From a virus: 64,000 nt of DNA. Below, piece after piece: positions 27,737-38,260 of the stretch. Made by a program: the position numbers and the translations under genes. Where the stretch lies: positions 40,267 to 104,266 of the IMG/VR virus record IMGVR_UViG_3300027736_000029; one strand, given 5' to 3'. How positions within the stretch are numbered: the first letter of the stretch is position 1; the number at the start of each line of letters is the position of its first letter. Below the pieces are notes generated by a model that made no database searches, was not told the DNA's origin, and saw only the letters and a list, made by a program, of their open reading frames with translations.

Positions 27737-28339
27737 TTACCAAATTTCTTTGAGTTTCATATAACCAAGAGCGGCACAATAAGCATCGGTTTGGTCAAAA
27801 TTTTCTTTCTTAAGAGTATTGTTTTTGGTATACGACCAAATAATTTGTGGTTCTCGTTTTGCAACCAATTCCCATATTATAACTTTTTTGTCTGTATCTT
27901 TTGGAAGACCACCAAATAGAACATGTTTACCCTTGTCGTTTTGTTGGACAAGGTGTGGGAATGCAAATTTTCTTGAGTTATAGGTGGATATAAATTCAGG
28001 TATGATTCCAAGAACATCATAAACTTCTTTACATACCAAAGTATTAAATCTCATAAGAGTACCAACGGTATAGATATTATTAGAATTTAATAATGGTTCT
28101 TCAATGACAACATGAGTAATACCCATACCAACATAGTCTTTAATTTTTTCTTTAAAAATATGACCCTTGAGTATAAGTTCTTCGATTTTATTTTCAACCT
28201 TTGGTTTTGGTACTGGAGATACGTGAGTTAATTCTAAAAGTTCTTTTGTTTGAATGTCAAATAAACTCCACCCAATTGTTTTGGTTGAAACGTCAAGCCC
28301 AAGTACTTTAGGCGATGTTTTATTGATTGTTTTTGTCAT
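27737..28339 (-). CDS. ruvC: RuvC-like Holliday junction resolvase
   Basis: VLGLDVSTKTIGW, VVIEEP, DQTDAYCAA. Confidence 0.8.
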   Translation of the reverse strand: MTKTINKTSPKVLGLDVSTKTIGWSLFDIQTKELLELTHVSPVPKPKVENKIEELILKGHIFKEKIKDYVGMGITHVVIEEPLLNSNNIYTVGTLMRFNTLVCKEVYDVLGIIPEFISTYNSRKFAFPHLVQQNDKGKHVLFGGLPKDTDKKVIIWELVAKREPQIIWSYTKNNTLKKENFDQTDAYCAALGYMKLKEIW

Positions 28340-28342
28340 ATG

Positions 28343-30547
28343 TTAAAAATCTAATTTAACCACGTACTGCTGAATACCTTGTCTTAACTCAGGAGATTGT
28401 AGTTTAGATATAACAATAAGGTCATAATTAGAATCGTAAAGGGCAATTTCAGTAACATATGAAGTTGTTCCTGACATCCATGTTGGATTTGATGTATTGG
28501 TAAATTGGTTACGTCCAAGATTTATAAGATATCTCATCTCATAAATGGTTGCACTAATATCGGTTTCCAAGTTTCCATAAAAATAATACTCATCACCAAA
28601 GTTTAATATTTCAGGATATCCATTTTCAGGTATGTCAATATAATTAGCTAAATTATATGTTGTCGCACTATTATATAGTTCGTTAGTTATTTGGAATGTA
28701 GTACCAGTTAAACCACTAACAGTTAAATAACCATTAACACTTGAACCACTTATTTCACTTGTAAAATCAATTTCTCTCCATGCCGTTGGACTTGGTTGTG
28801 TTGTTCCACTAATAAGTTGACACAATACTTTAAATGAATTTGCAGAATATCCTGAAAGAGTACCTTCAGATAAGAATGGAAACTCATTACCGAATCTAAC
28901 AGCTACGTTTTGAGAGTCGATTGTACACCCTGTTCCCGGTCCTGTAATAACTGAATAATAGTTACAATGTAATGAATCAGTAAATCCTGTTGAATCCAAT
29001 CGATATGTTACCCACATCCTTTGAACATCATTTGTTAAAATACCTACCGAACTTTGTCCTGTATTACAAGTGTTTGGAGATATTAATGACAACTTTGGAG
29101 CGGTTAACGTCCAGTTTCTGTTTGCCTTGTAAGACATTGCGGCGATGATTTCTTCATCATCAATAACAACAATTTCTTGGTCAGGGAATACTTTACCAAT
29201 TCTATTTAAATTTCCATTAGTATCAGGATTAGTATCCCATAAATGGTAGTATCTAATACCAGGGTCATTCATATCTATATTTTCCGTAGATTTAATATAG
29301 TATGGTTTACATAAATCATATCCCGCTGGGTCAATATAAAATGTTTCACCAATAGTTGATGCGGATGATTTATGCCACATTAATGTTGGCAATGTTAACT
29401 TAAAGTGTCTTGCTAAACCTGTGTCGTCATTTGGATTTTGTGGGTCAAAAGGAACCGTTGAAAATTTTTCTCCGTATACATTATCAATATCTTGATTTGT
29501 ATAATGGATAATCGCAATCGCTTTTTGTTCTTTAGGTGTTACAATAATTTCTTCATCAAATGAATTATAATAGTAAACTAAACTTGTGTCTGTTTGAGCA
29601 CTTTCAGTTTGATATCCTAAATATTCTTTCGTACCTAAATAAGTAACCGAACCATAACTACCATATCCCTCATATTGACTTGTGAATACACCAGCTAAAT
29701 TAACCGACCAAGGAATATTCATATTCCAAATTACAGTGTTTTCACGATTTCTAACATCACAAGGTGATTCAAAATTAAGTGTGTCTGTCTGCCAATAAGG
29801 TGCTGGAGTTATAGTATCATACAATTGAGTCATCCCTGAAGGATATATCAATGCTCGAGCCATGTTACCATTAATTGCAATTGCGGAATAATCAGGGACG
29901 CTTCTATCAAGGGTTAATGTAAACACCGTTGTTCCTGTTGTACCTGTTGATGGGTCAATATCTTGGATTCTATAAGTAAGAATTGGATAGGTGCCAAAAT
30001 CACCACATCCACCATTACCATCTAATATAAGAGTCACATAATCATTAATTGATGGTGTTCCTGAAGTAATTGCACAAAAGGCTGGGTCAAGTTCAATATC
30101 AATAGTTGTTTGACCTGTTAATGTTGTCATGTCTACCCAATAATTTGAAGTAACTGTATATGCCGAACTTGTTTGAGCTGACCAATTACCTTGGGTACCT
30201 CCAGTAACAAAAAACCCTTTAGGTCCCGCAGAATTATAAACAGGTTGAATTTTATTATCTAAAAATGGAATACCGTATGTTCCTCCACTACCACCCTGAA
30301 CATAATAAGGGTATTTAACATTTTGTTTGTTTGATTGAGGCGAACCAGTATCATTCTGTGCGTTAAACGCTGGCATTAAAATATTATTATTTGTTTGATT
30401 ATAATTTGTCACAGCACTGTAACTAACTTCACTATCACCTATTTGGAAATAAGAAATTGAAAAATTTCCTTGTGAAATATTTCTTCTTCCAACATCAGTA
30501 AGTCTGGTGTTAATTAATCCTGATGTATTTTTTATAATGTATGCCAT
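28343..30547 (-). CDS. putative baseplate/tail-collar structural protein
   Basis: N-terminal LTDVGRR..ISYFQIGDS and C-terminal VTEIALYD..LIVISKL resemble the two halves of a tail-collar fibre (DUF3751-like) domain. Confidence 0.6.
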   Translation of the reverse strand: MAYIIKNTSGLINTRLTDVGRRNISQGNFSISYFQIGDSEVSYSAVTNYNQTNNNILMPAFNAQNDTGSPQSNKQNVKYPYYVQGGSGGTYGIPFLDNKIQPVYNSAGPKGFFVTGGTQGNWSAQTSSAYTVTSNYWVDMTTLTGQTTIDIELDPAFCAITSGTPSINDYVTLILDGNGGCGDFGTYPILTYRIQDIDPSTGTTGTTVFTLTLDRSVPDYSAIAINGNMARALIYPSGMTQLYDTITPAPYWQTDTLNFESPCDVRNRENTVIWNMNIPWSVNLAGVFTSQYEGYGSYGSVTYLGTKEYLGYQTESAQTDTSLVYYYNSFDEEIIVTPKEQKAIAIIHYTNQDIDNVYGEKFSTVPFDPQNPNDDTGLARHFKLTLPTLMWHKSSASTIGETFYIDPAGYDLCKPYYIKSTENIDMNDPGIRYYHLWDTNPDTNGNLNRIGKVFPDQEIVVIDDEEIIAAMSYKANRNWTLTAPKLSLISPNTCNTGQSSVGILTNDVQRMWVTYRLDSTGFTDSLHCNYYSVITGPGTGCTIDSQNVAVRFGNEFPFLSEGTLSGYSANSFKVLCQLISGTTQPSPTAWREIDFTSEISGSSVNGYLTVSGLTGTTFQITNELYNSATTYNLANYIDIPENGYPEILNFGDEYYFYGNLETDISATIYEMRYLINLGRNQFTNTSNPTWMSGTTSYVTEIALYDSNYDLIVISKLQSPELRQGIQQYVVKLDF

Positions 30548-30551
30548 TTGT

Positions 30552-30559
30552 TATAAATA
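30552..30559 (-). promoter_or_regulatory. putative phage promoter motif TATTTATA
   Basis: Ends 4 nt before ATG 30547. Confidence 0.65.
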
Positions 30560-30589
30560 TTCTTATTGTCTTTTATTTTAAATTATTAA

Positions 30590-32929
30590 TTAACATGGTC
30601 CACCGTATGTACCTATCGCATTTATTTCACCATTACCAATAACTAAATAAACCGTCGAATTAGTACTGTTTGGATATCTAAATACCACACCATCTGGCGC
30701 TAAATTTGTTAAAGAATCATTAGTATAAACCGTTGCACCATCCACAAATCCTGGTGAAGCATTTGTATATAATGTTGCAAATCCTGTTATTCCATAAACC
30801 CCAATTGTACCTCCACTACATATTGTTGTCCCTGTTAATGTCCTTAATGATATTGAATTAGTTGAAACTGCACTTGATAAAGTGTGATTAACAACTCCTT
30901 GGCCTGTTGAGTTATTCACAACAACAGAACAATCTTTACCTGAAATGGTAGGTTGTGACGTAGATACTAATATGGTTTGAACCAATTGGGTAATACAACC
31001 ATTACTTCCTGTAGCACCAGTGGTTATTAACAATTGTGATGATGAAGTTCCACTAATTACATCACCATGTCCAATTGTTAAGTTATAAACTTGTGATTTA
31101 GTAGTTTTAACTTGAGTATATGGTGAACAATTTTCTCTTGTTGATGACTGTGATGTTGAATTAACAGTTGTTTGTATTAATGAGGTACCATTTTTATTAA
31201 CGGTAGTAGTGTTGGTAATTATACCACCACCAGGTCCGTCAACGTCTTGAACCGCATTAACATTTAACTTAAATGATATTGATGTACCAACAGGAAGTGC
31301 TGGTGTAACATCAACTTTCCAAGTTGCAACTTCATTATCCGCACTATAATTAACATCATTAATTAATTGAACTTTTATATTATATGTTGTTGCGATAGAT
31401 GATGAACCAATACTTATACCTGAGTTTAAAGTGTTTCCAACTGAGTCTTGTACAATAACAGTATAATCGTTTGCACATAATCCTTGGAATATATTACTCG
31501 TTTGATATGTGTTTCCATTATTAATTGAATAACTATAAGGTGGTACTCCATTGTATGTTGCAATAGTTATTGAACCATTACAGTTTTGAGTTCCTGGACA
31601 TGAACTATCTTGTTTAGTAATCTCAACTGATAATGGTGCATATGTCGGACAAGTTCCCTGTACCACATAAACAGTTGCATTCTGACCACCATACATACTC
31701 CATCCATTATCAGGTATGTTTGTTTGGTTGGTACTAACAGGTGTTCCTGTCGTAAACGTCCATCCAATGACTTCCCATCTTGATTGTAATGAACTCCAAG
31801 CGATTGATAGATTTACCGATTGATAAGTTGCCGACCACATTGGTTTTCCATTTGAATCGCCACTAGGAACAAACTGAATTGGACCATAAGCAATTGAACC
31901 TCTTACATATGTTAAACATAAGTTTGGCCAAACAGGAGTAGGTGTAATTGTTGGAGTAGGTGTAATTGTTTGTGTTGGTGTTTGTGACGGTGCAAATAAA
32001 TTACAAATAGTCGTTGAAGAATAATCACCATAATAATCCACAACTGTAACTTGATATGAACCTTCAGGTATTCCAACTAATGTTCTAGTTCTCTGACCTC
32101 CTGACCAATAATATGAATAAGGACTTGTTCCTCCTGTTACTTTTAAAGATAATACACCATCATTAGAATATTGATTTGATGGCATTTGAATTGGGTTACA
32201 TTGAACACCCATATCAAATAATGTTAGAACATCACATTCATTCTTCAATGAATAATCTTGTTTAAGTGATGTTGTTGGCGTTTGAGTTGGAGTTGAATTT
32301 GGAGTTGTACTTGGTGTTACAGTATTTGTCACCGTAGGAGTTACTGTCGGTGTTGGTGTTTGAGTTCTTGTAGGTGTCGGTGTTAAACATGAAGTTGTTG
32401 CAGGTACATTTAATTTTGTAATACCATTATAAGGTTGTCCATAATTGAATATTACAACGGTTCCAATTGTAAGGTTAGAACTTACAAAGTTTCCACAACA
32501 ATCGGTATAATAAACACTTGAAGTTGTTGTAATACCACTACCACAAATAATTGGTGTAGTTGTTGGTGTTGGGTTTGGCGTTCTTGTTACTGTTGGAGTA
32601 ACTGTTTTTGTTGGTGTATTTGTAGGAGTAATGTTTGGCGTTCTTGTTGGAAATTGAGTTGGAGTTATACTTGGTTCAGGTACGGTTTCACAAGGAGATA
32701 TTAATATACCATTATAGTTAATATAACCAGTACCTCCATTTTCAATATACACTTCATTACTAGTTGCGTATGAACCTGACGCTTGACATCCACACACACT
32801 ATAAAATTGACCAGCGCCAACAAGTGAACTTAAAAGGGTGGTACCGTCATTACAATCGTAATAATAAAAAATCTGATTTTGACCAGATTCATTCCACACC
32901 ATCCATCTGGTACAAGTAGTACAAGCCAT
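30590..32929 (-). CDS. Cys-rich, Thr-Pro-linker protein with SprB-like repeats (putative virion appendage)
   Basis: TPT tracts; GVLSLKVTGGTSPYSYYWS..L..GSYQVTVVD and GSITI...GVPPYSYSIN..F.GL..DYTVIVQD. Confidence 0.7.
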   Translation of the reverse strand: MACTTCTRWMVWNESGQNQIFYYYDCNDGTTLLSSLVGAGQFYSVCGCQASGSYATSNEVYIENGGTGYINYNGILISPCETVPEPSITPTQFPTRTPNITPTNTPTKTVTPTVTRTPNPTPTTTPIICGSGITTTSSVYYTDCCGNFVSSNLTIGTVVIFNYGQPYNGITKLNVPATTSCLTPTPTRTQTPTPTVTPTVTNTVTPSTTPNSTPTQTPTTSLKQDYSLKNECDVLTLFDMGVQCNPIQMPSNQYSNDGVLSLKVTGGTSPYSYYWSGGQRTRTLVGIPEGSYQVTVVDYYGDYSSTTICNLFAPSQTPTQTITPTPTITPTPVWPNLCLTYVRGSIAYGPIQFVPSGDSNGKPMWSATYQSVNLSIAWSSLQSRWEVIGWTFTTGTPVSTNQTNIPDNGWSMYGGQNATVYVVQGTCPTYAPLSVEITKQDSSCPGTQNCNGSITIATYNGVPPYSYSINNGNTYQTSNIFQGLCANDYTVIVQDSVGNTLNSGISIGSSSIATTYNIKVQLINDVNYSADNEVATWKVDVTPALPVGTSISFKLNVNAVQDVDGPGGGIITNTTTVNKNGTSLIQTTVNSTSQSSTRENCSPYTQVKTTKSQVYNLTIGHGDVISGTSSSQLLITTGATGSNGCITQLVQTILVSTSQPTISGKDCSVVVNNSTGQGVVNHTLSSAVSTNSISLRTLTGTTICSGGTIGVYGITGFATLYTNASPGFVDGATVYTNDSLTNLAPDGVVFRYPNSTNSTVYLVIGNGEINAIGTYGGPC

Positions 32930-32990
32930 TTACTTTAAAGTGTTTGTGTTGTTTAGTTTATTTATCATATAAGTATAATCTCTAATATTT

Positions 32991-33638
32991 TTATGGACAT
33001 AGTTGGAATTCAACAATAGCTCCTTGAGCATTAATTTTAACCACATAAAAATTTCCTCCAAAACTCATTTTAATGTACCTATTTCCACCGTTGTATGGAT
33101 TATATAGAGTATCATTAACAACCGTTTGATAAACTATCACACCAACCACAGGTGTCAAATTTGCTTGAGCAATGTATGTGTAATAATTAGTTAATGTGAT
33201 TGTGTTGGTACAAGTAGTTGCAGATGTTGCAGATACTTGATTACCAATAGGGTGTATTGAAATTACAGGAGTTGTTGTTGGTGTTGGTGTGTTAGTCGGA
33301 GTATATGTTTGAGTCGCAGTATTTGTGGGTGTATAAGAGGGTGTATTAGTTGGTGTTGATGTGTTTGTTGTAGTAACTGTTGGCGTGTTTGTTGGTGTTG
33401 GAGTTAATGTTAATGTTGGAGTTGGTGTAATTGGAATTACATATCCATCCACACAACTTTGAGTATCAACAATCTTTATAACAATATTCTGTTCATCGTA
33501 TGGTGGAGGAACACTAAATGTATATGGAAATACAGATACAGTTGATACGTAAACACAACTTGCACTCATTGAATCACAATAGTAGATTTCAACTGGTGTG
33601 TTAGCGGTTACGGATGTTATGGTTACTTGTTGACTCAT
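32991..33638 (-). CDS. Thr-Pro-linker two-domain protein (putative virion)
   Basis: Beta-rich N-domain, ~55 aa TPT tract, C-domain ending QLCP. Confidence 0.7.
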   Translation of the reverse strand: MSQQVTITSVTANTPVEIYYCDSMSASCVYVSTVSVFPYTFSVPPPYDEQNIVIKIVDTQSCVDGYVIPITPTPTLTLTPTPTNTPTVTTTNTSTPTNTPSYTPTNTATQTYTPTNTPTPTTTPVISIHPIGNQVSATSATTCTNTITLTNYYTYIAQANLTPVVGVIVYQTVVNDTLYNPYNGGNRYIKMSFGGNFYVVKINAQGAIVEFQLCP

Positions 33639-33651
33639 TTTAATTTATAGT

Positions 33652-33876
33652 TTAACATGGGACAACATCTTCAATCCCTGTTATTATACATCCATTATTA
33701 TCAATAACTTTTAACATATATTGAGTTGATGAATCGTATGGTGAAGGGATATCAAAAACATACGGAACGGTAGATATAGTTGCCATATAAAAACAACCCG
33801 TACCATCTCCCTGACATATATAAATGTCGTATGGTGTTGCACCTGTTATATTATTTATTGTTACTTGTATTGCCAT
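33652..33876 (-). CDS. small protein paralogous to the N-domain of 32991..33638
   Basis: QVTI..IT..TP..IY.C......C.Y..T.S..PY.F..P.PYD....K..D...C shared. Confidence 0.75.
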   Translation of the reverse strand: MAIQVTINNITGATPYDIYICQGDGTGCFYMATISTVPYVFDIPSPYDSSTQYMLKVIDNNGCIITGIEDVVPC

Positions 33877-33878
33877 TA

Positions 33879-36569
33879 TTAACAAGAATTAGTATTAACG
33901 TTTTGTTTTGCGGTTATGTATCCCGAAGTATTAATTTGAACCGCAGTTCCAAGATTTGATGATGTGTTTAATTTTAATACAACCCATAAATTATTACCAT
34001 TTGTTGGTACTGATGTAAATACATCATAAACTCTAACACCAACATTAAGTATTGTAGTGTTTGTATAATATGAAGTAAATGCCTTATAATTTAAACAAGC
34101 ATCTTGTGCTGAAATAGAATTAACTTCATCACCCATATATTTAACGGCCTGACCTTGGAAATTTAAACAATCAGTACAAGTATCAAAGACATCAGACACA
34201 ATTGATTGTGAACCAAAATAATTACCAGTATAAGTTATTGGTGACACCGTTGGAGGTGCAATATAATCAGTTGTAAACTGTCCAATATATTTCCAACATC
34301 TACCTTGATTATCTTGGAATGTTTGGTCAACAGTTAAATTGGTAAATGATGTAATTTTAATTGTTTGAATAACTTGAGTATTAACCAATTGTTCACCTAT
34401 TGGCTGACAACTTTCATAAACATAAACCCAATGTGGTGTAGGTGTCGGTGTTGATGTTGGTGTTTTTGTATTTGTCGGTGTTGATGTTGGTGTTCCTGGT
34501 GGTCGACTTGGCGTATTTGTAACTGTTTGCGTTGGAGTTTGAGTTGGTGTGTGAGTAGGTGTTGACGATGGGAAAACATTACAAGTACCACAACTAGAAG
34601 AAATTGCAATAATTTCATCAACATTACAATTAGATGAAATCGTATTACTTGTACCACTATAGGTTACACACATAAGACTACCATTAATAATAACTGACAT
34701 TGTAATACCAGTTGTAACAGGTGTTCCAGAATAAATTAAATTATCACTAGTATATAATTGGTCACCTGTTTCACAATCAACCAATATCTTAACGTTAACA
34801 CACTCGAATAATTCATCCAACATAACAAATGTTGCTTGTCCTTGAACATCAACAGTTTTTGTTAATGTAATTGTTGGTGTTGTCGTAGGAGTTGGTGTTG
34901 TTGAATTATATTGACATACCGAGAATGAAACACCTGTACCACTACAAGCATAACCTGTAGGTGTTGGTGTTGGGGTCACACCTAAAGATGTAACGTCAAA
35001 ATCAACATCACCACAATTCACACTTGGGGATGGTGTTGGCAATGGTTCCCAATCACAATCAAAGTAAGCGTTGAAATCAAATGGTTCACAATTAACAGGA
35101 CTTGGTGTTGGTGTGGGACAAGGTCCTCCATTAAAATAATTGGCTGAAATATCAGGACAAGTTGAATAACATGGTGTCGCACCTTCCAATAAACAAGTAC
35201 CACCTAATGATGTACTTAAACACCAATAACTACCAGTATAATAAACCACACCAAAATTAATTCCATCACCATTATAATAGAAATTTGAATTGTAAGTACC
35301 TGTTTGAGTATAGTTCCCACTATACCCTGATAAAGATGGTAATGTTGTTCTAAAACAATAAATTGAATCACATGCACCATTACTTGGTGTCGGTGTTGGC
35401 GTAAGAGTACTTGTTGGACTAACCGTTGGTGTCTGCGTCTGAGTTTGAGTAACCGTTGGTGTTGGAGTTGGTGTTGGACATGACGGTGCTCCAGTGAAAG
35501 TACTACCCACAGATGGATATAATAACCCTGTTGCAACATATGGTACAACCGTGGCATATCCATTAAAATAAGGACCACTAATTAAATAAACATCGCCAAT
35601 AGTTAATGTTCCTGGTACATTTTCATATCTAAATTGATTTGATGAATTTCCACATTCAGCAAATAAATATATATCGTAAGGTTCAGTTTGAGTTGGAGTT
35701 TGAGTTGGAGTATTTGTTGGTGTTTCAGTATTGGTAGGAGTTTGAGTATTCGTTACAGTTGGAGTTGGTGTTTCAGTATTAGTAGAAGTTGGTGTTGGTG
35801 TTTCGGTATTAGTTGGTGTTTGTGTTGGAGTTTCACTTGGAGTGTTTGTCGGTGTTTCAGTATTGGTAGGAGTTTGTGTAGGAGTTTCACTTGGAGTATT
35901 TGTTGGTGTTTCAGTATTTGTAGGAGTTACAGTTGGAGTTTCAGTATTAGTTGGTGTTGGTGTTACTATTTCATTGCAACAATTTATACCTGTTTGGTAA
36001 TAAGTTGAATTATCTGCGAGTGCTACTGCATCATTAACATAATATTGTAAAAAAATATATGTTGGAATTGTTGATGGACTTATACATACCTCATTAGTGT
36101 ATGTTCCAGCAGTATCATAATACTTATTTGTAATGCTGTACTCACCACAAGGAATATAAATTAACTCTACCTTATTATTGAAGAATGGTTCACTAACATT
36201 ACCAGTAGCATTATCAAGGTCAATTTGAGATATTGTGATTGTAATATATTCACAATTACAAGTTGGTGTTGGTGTCGGAGTTTTAGTTGGTGTAACAGTA
36301 TTAGTAGGTGTTATTGTAGGTGTTGGCGTTGGTGTTGGAGTAGTTGCCTGACATGTCGCACAATCAGGATGTCCAATAGAAACTGTTGCAACAGTATCTA
36401 TTGGTGATGAACCTACATTACCAATATATTCGTAGCATCCACCAGGTAATGCGCCCGTAAACGTAAAGGAATAACTAATACCGCCAGTTAAACCAGCTAA
36501 GGAACTTATAGAAACTTCATAAGAAACTAATGTATCACAAGATATTATTGTTATTACTGGAAATGCCAT
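33879..36569 (-). CDS. large Cys-rich, Thr-Pro mucin-like protein (putative virion appendage)
   Basis: Several [10 protein letters not shown] tracts separating Cys-containing domains. Confidence 0.75.
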   Translation of the reverse strand: MAFPVITIISCDTLVSYEVSISSLAGLTGGISYSFTFTGALPGGCYEYIGNVGSSPIDTVATVSIGHPDCATCQATTPTPTPTPTITPTNTVTPTKTPTPTPTCNCEYITITISQIDLDNATGNVSEPFFNNKVELIYIPCGEYSITNKYYDTAGTYTNEVCISPSTIPTYIFLQYYVNDAVALADNSTYYQTGINCCNEIVTPTPTNTETPTVTPTNTETPTNTPSETPTQTPTNTETPTNTPSETPTQTPTNTETPTPTSTNTETPTPTVTNTQTPTNTETPTNTPTQTPTQTEPYDIYLFAECGNSSNQFRYENVPGTLTIGDVYLISGPYFNGYATVVPYVATGLLYPSVGSTFTGAPSCPTPTPTPTVTQTQTQTPTVSPTSTLTPTPTPSNGACDSIYCFRTTLPSLSGYSGNYTQTGTYNSNFYYNGDGINFGVVYYTGSYWCLSTSLGGTCLLEGATPCYSTCPDISANYFNGGPCPTPTPSPVNCEPFDFNAYFDCDWEPLPTPSPSVNCGDVDFDVTSLGVTPTPTPTGYACSGTGVSFSVCQYNSTTPTPTTTPTITLTKTVDVQGQATFVMLDELFECVNVKILVDCETGDQLYTSDNLIYSGTPVTTGITMSVIINGSLMCVTYSGTSNTISSNCNVDEIIAISSSCGTCNVFPSSTPTHTPTQTPTQTVTNTPSRPPGTPTSTPTNTKTPTSTPTPTPHWVYVYESCQPIGEQLVNTQVIQTIKITSFTNLTVDQTFQDNQGRCWKYIGQFTTDYIAPPTVSPITYTGNYFGSQSIVSDVFDTCTDCLNFQGQAVKYMGDEVNSISAQDACLNYKAFTSYYTNTTILNVGVRVYDVFTSVPTNGNNLWVVLKLNTSSNLGTAVQINTSGYITAKQNVNTNSC
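35686..35965 (-). repeat. coding tandem repeat ([18 protein letters not shown]-like)
   Basis: Thr at nearly every second residue over ~95 aa; 18-aa unit duplicated. Confidence 0.8.
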
Positions 36570-36575
36570 TTGTAC

Positions 36576-36583
36576 TATAAATA
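36576..36583 (-). promoter_or_regulatory. putative phage promoter motif TATTTATA
   Basis: Ends 6 nt before ATG 36569. Confidence 0.6.
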
Positions 36584-36654
36584 ACTCGATAGTGAGTTTT
36601 TATACAATTTAAAAATAGAAATATCAAAAGATAAATAAACAGGCACTTAAACTA

Positions 36655-36662
36655 TATTTATA
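36655..36662 (+). promoter_or_regulatory. putative phage promoter motif TATTTATA
   Basis: Ends 4 nt before ATG 36667. Confidence 0.6.
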
Positions 36663-36666
36663 TTAT

Positions 36667-36840
36667 ATGAAGCTTATTAAGACAATAGAGAAAATAATCA
36701 AAGAAGCCGAGGAATTATATGTTAATGCCTTGGAGTCTGTTGTTGATGAAAAAGAACTGCAACGTCTTGAAAAGAACTATCAAGATAGTCTTAAATTGAT
36801 GAAGACCTTTAGTCAGATTAATAAAACTAAATCAGATTAA
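36667..36840 (+). CDS. small helical protein (57 aa, not in ORF track)
   Basis: MKLIKTIEKIIKEAEELYVNALESVVDEKELQRLEKNYQDSLKLMKTFSQINKTKSD*. Confidence 0.65.
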   Translation: MKLIKTIEKIIKEAEELYVNALESVVDEKELQRLEKNYQDSLKLMKTFSQINKTKSD

Positions 36841-37017
36841 ATTCTTATTTTAATCTTGGTCTTTTTTATAAAATCCGTTATTCTCAGGTTGATATTATTC
36901 ATCCAATAACTTTGGCACCTTTGGTACCATAATAATAATTGTTGTAATTAGAATTTAACGACAATAAAAACCAAACTTTCATTTATTTTTATCCAATAAA
37001 AACTATATTATTTTGAT

Positions 37018-37446
37018 ATGGGTAGTATAAAAAACGTACAATTTGGTGAAAATGTTTTTGTTGTTGAACCAACAAACCTTTATGGTTGTAAGATTGGTAA
37101 CAATGTTAAGATTGGTCCATTTGTTGAAATTCAACGAGATTCAGAAATTGGGAATGATTCTATTATTAGTTCACACTCTTTCATACCTTCAGGTGTTAAA
37201 ATAGGTAACAATGTTTTTATCGGTCACGGAGTTATGTTTACCAATGACACATTTGACTCAGATTTAATAGAAAATTGGGAAATGAAAAAAACAATTATTG
37301 GTGACCGCGTTAGAATTGGTTCCAACTCAACAATTTTACCAGTCAAGATTGGTAATAACGTAATAATAGGTGCGGGTTCAGTCGTTACAAAAGACATACC
37401 TGATAATGTAACAGTTTATGGAAATCCGGCAAGAATTAAATCATAA
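37018..37446 (+). CDS. hexapeptide-repeat sugar N-acetyltransferase (WbpD/WlbB-like)
   Basis: Left-handed beta-helix repeats; VFIGHGVMFTND; IGAGSVVTKDIP..VYGNPAR. Confidence 0.9.
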   Translation: MGSIKNVQFGENVFVVEPTNLYGCKIGNNVKIGPFVEIQRDSEIGNDSIISSHSFIPSGVKIGNNVFIGHGVMFTNDTFDSDLIENWEMKKTIIGDRVRIGSNSTILPVKIGNNVIIGAGSVVTKDIPDNVTVYGNPARIKS

Positions 37447-38260
37447 AATTTGCCTAATTGGATATGGTTATTGGGGTAAAATACTCCATAAAAATTTATT
37501 ATCATTAGGGTATAATGATATCACAATTGTTGATGTTGTTTTAGACAACTTCAATCTATTGGATGATAGTTATTCACATTATTTTGTTGTAACACCATTT
37601 ACAACACACCACGAAATATTATTGAAATTATCTGAATTTAAGAACAAAAGAATTTGGTGTGAAAAACCTTTGGTTAACACATATAAAGAATCAACCGAAA
37701 TATATTCATTAATGGAACAAAATAACAATATGTTATTTGTTGATTGGGTTTATACGTTCAATCCATGTGTTGATAAAATCAGAAAAATTGTGTCTAAGAA
37801 AAAAATTAAACAAGTCATTCTTAACAGAACCAATGACGGTCCAAAAAGATTTGACACAAGTTCAATCCACGATTTATCATCACATGATTTATCCATTTTA
37901 TATCACATATTTGGTAGAACAAATTTTGATTTTACTTGGAATGAATTTTCAGTTAAATCAAATGAAGACTTTGGTTCCAATATTAGTTGGTATTATAAAA
38001 GTGGATTGCAAGTTATAATTAATTCATCTTGGCAACATAAAACAAAAAACAGGGTATCATTATTCATTACTGAAGATGATGAAGTTATCGTTTTTGATGA
38101 TGTAAAAAAAGTAATCATTACTAATAATGGTGTTGAAGATTTTTCAGACTCTCCATCCCCAATCCATATTGGTATGAGACACTTCTTCAGTGACAATAAT
38201 TTTGATTCAAATAAAGAAATAACACTTAAAATAACAAAAAACTTAGAACATGCAATTTAA
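37418..38260 (+). CDS. Gfo/Idh/MocA oxidoreductase (WbpB/WlbA-like)
   Basis: IGYGYWG, TP..TH, CEKPL, DLSSHDLS. Confidence 0.85.
   Translation: MEIRQELNHKICLIGYGYWGKILHKNLLSLGYNDITIVDVVLDNFNLLDDSYSHYFVVTPFTTHHEILLKLSEFKNKRIWCEKPLVNTYKESTEIYSLMEQNNNMLFVDWVYTFNPCVDKIRKIVSKKKIKQVILNRTNDGPKRFDTSSIHDLSSHDLSILYHIFGRTNFDFTWNEFSVKSNEDFGSNISWYYKSGLQVIINSSWQHKTKNRVSLFITEDDEVIVFDDVKKVIITNNGVEDFSDSPSPIHIGMRHFFSDNNFDSNKEITLKITKNLEHAI

Noticed and set aside
34397-36407. His/Gln-rich and Trp/Cys-rich ORFs overlapping the Thr-Pro gene
   Set aside because: Frame and antisense shadows of ACA-CCA repeats.
36841-37017. Possible small ORF or ncRNA before the glycan island
   Set aside because: Only a 27-codon minus-strand ORF and no convincing structure; no tRNA or other RNA gene recognised anywhere in the window.
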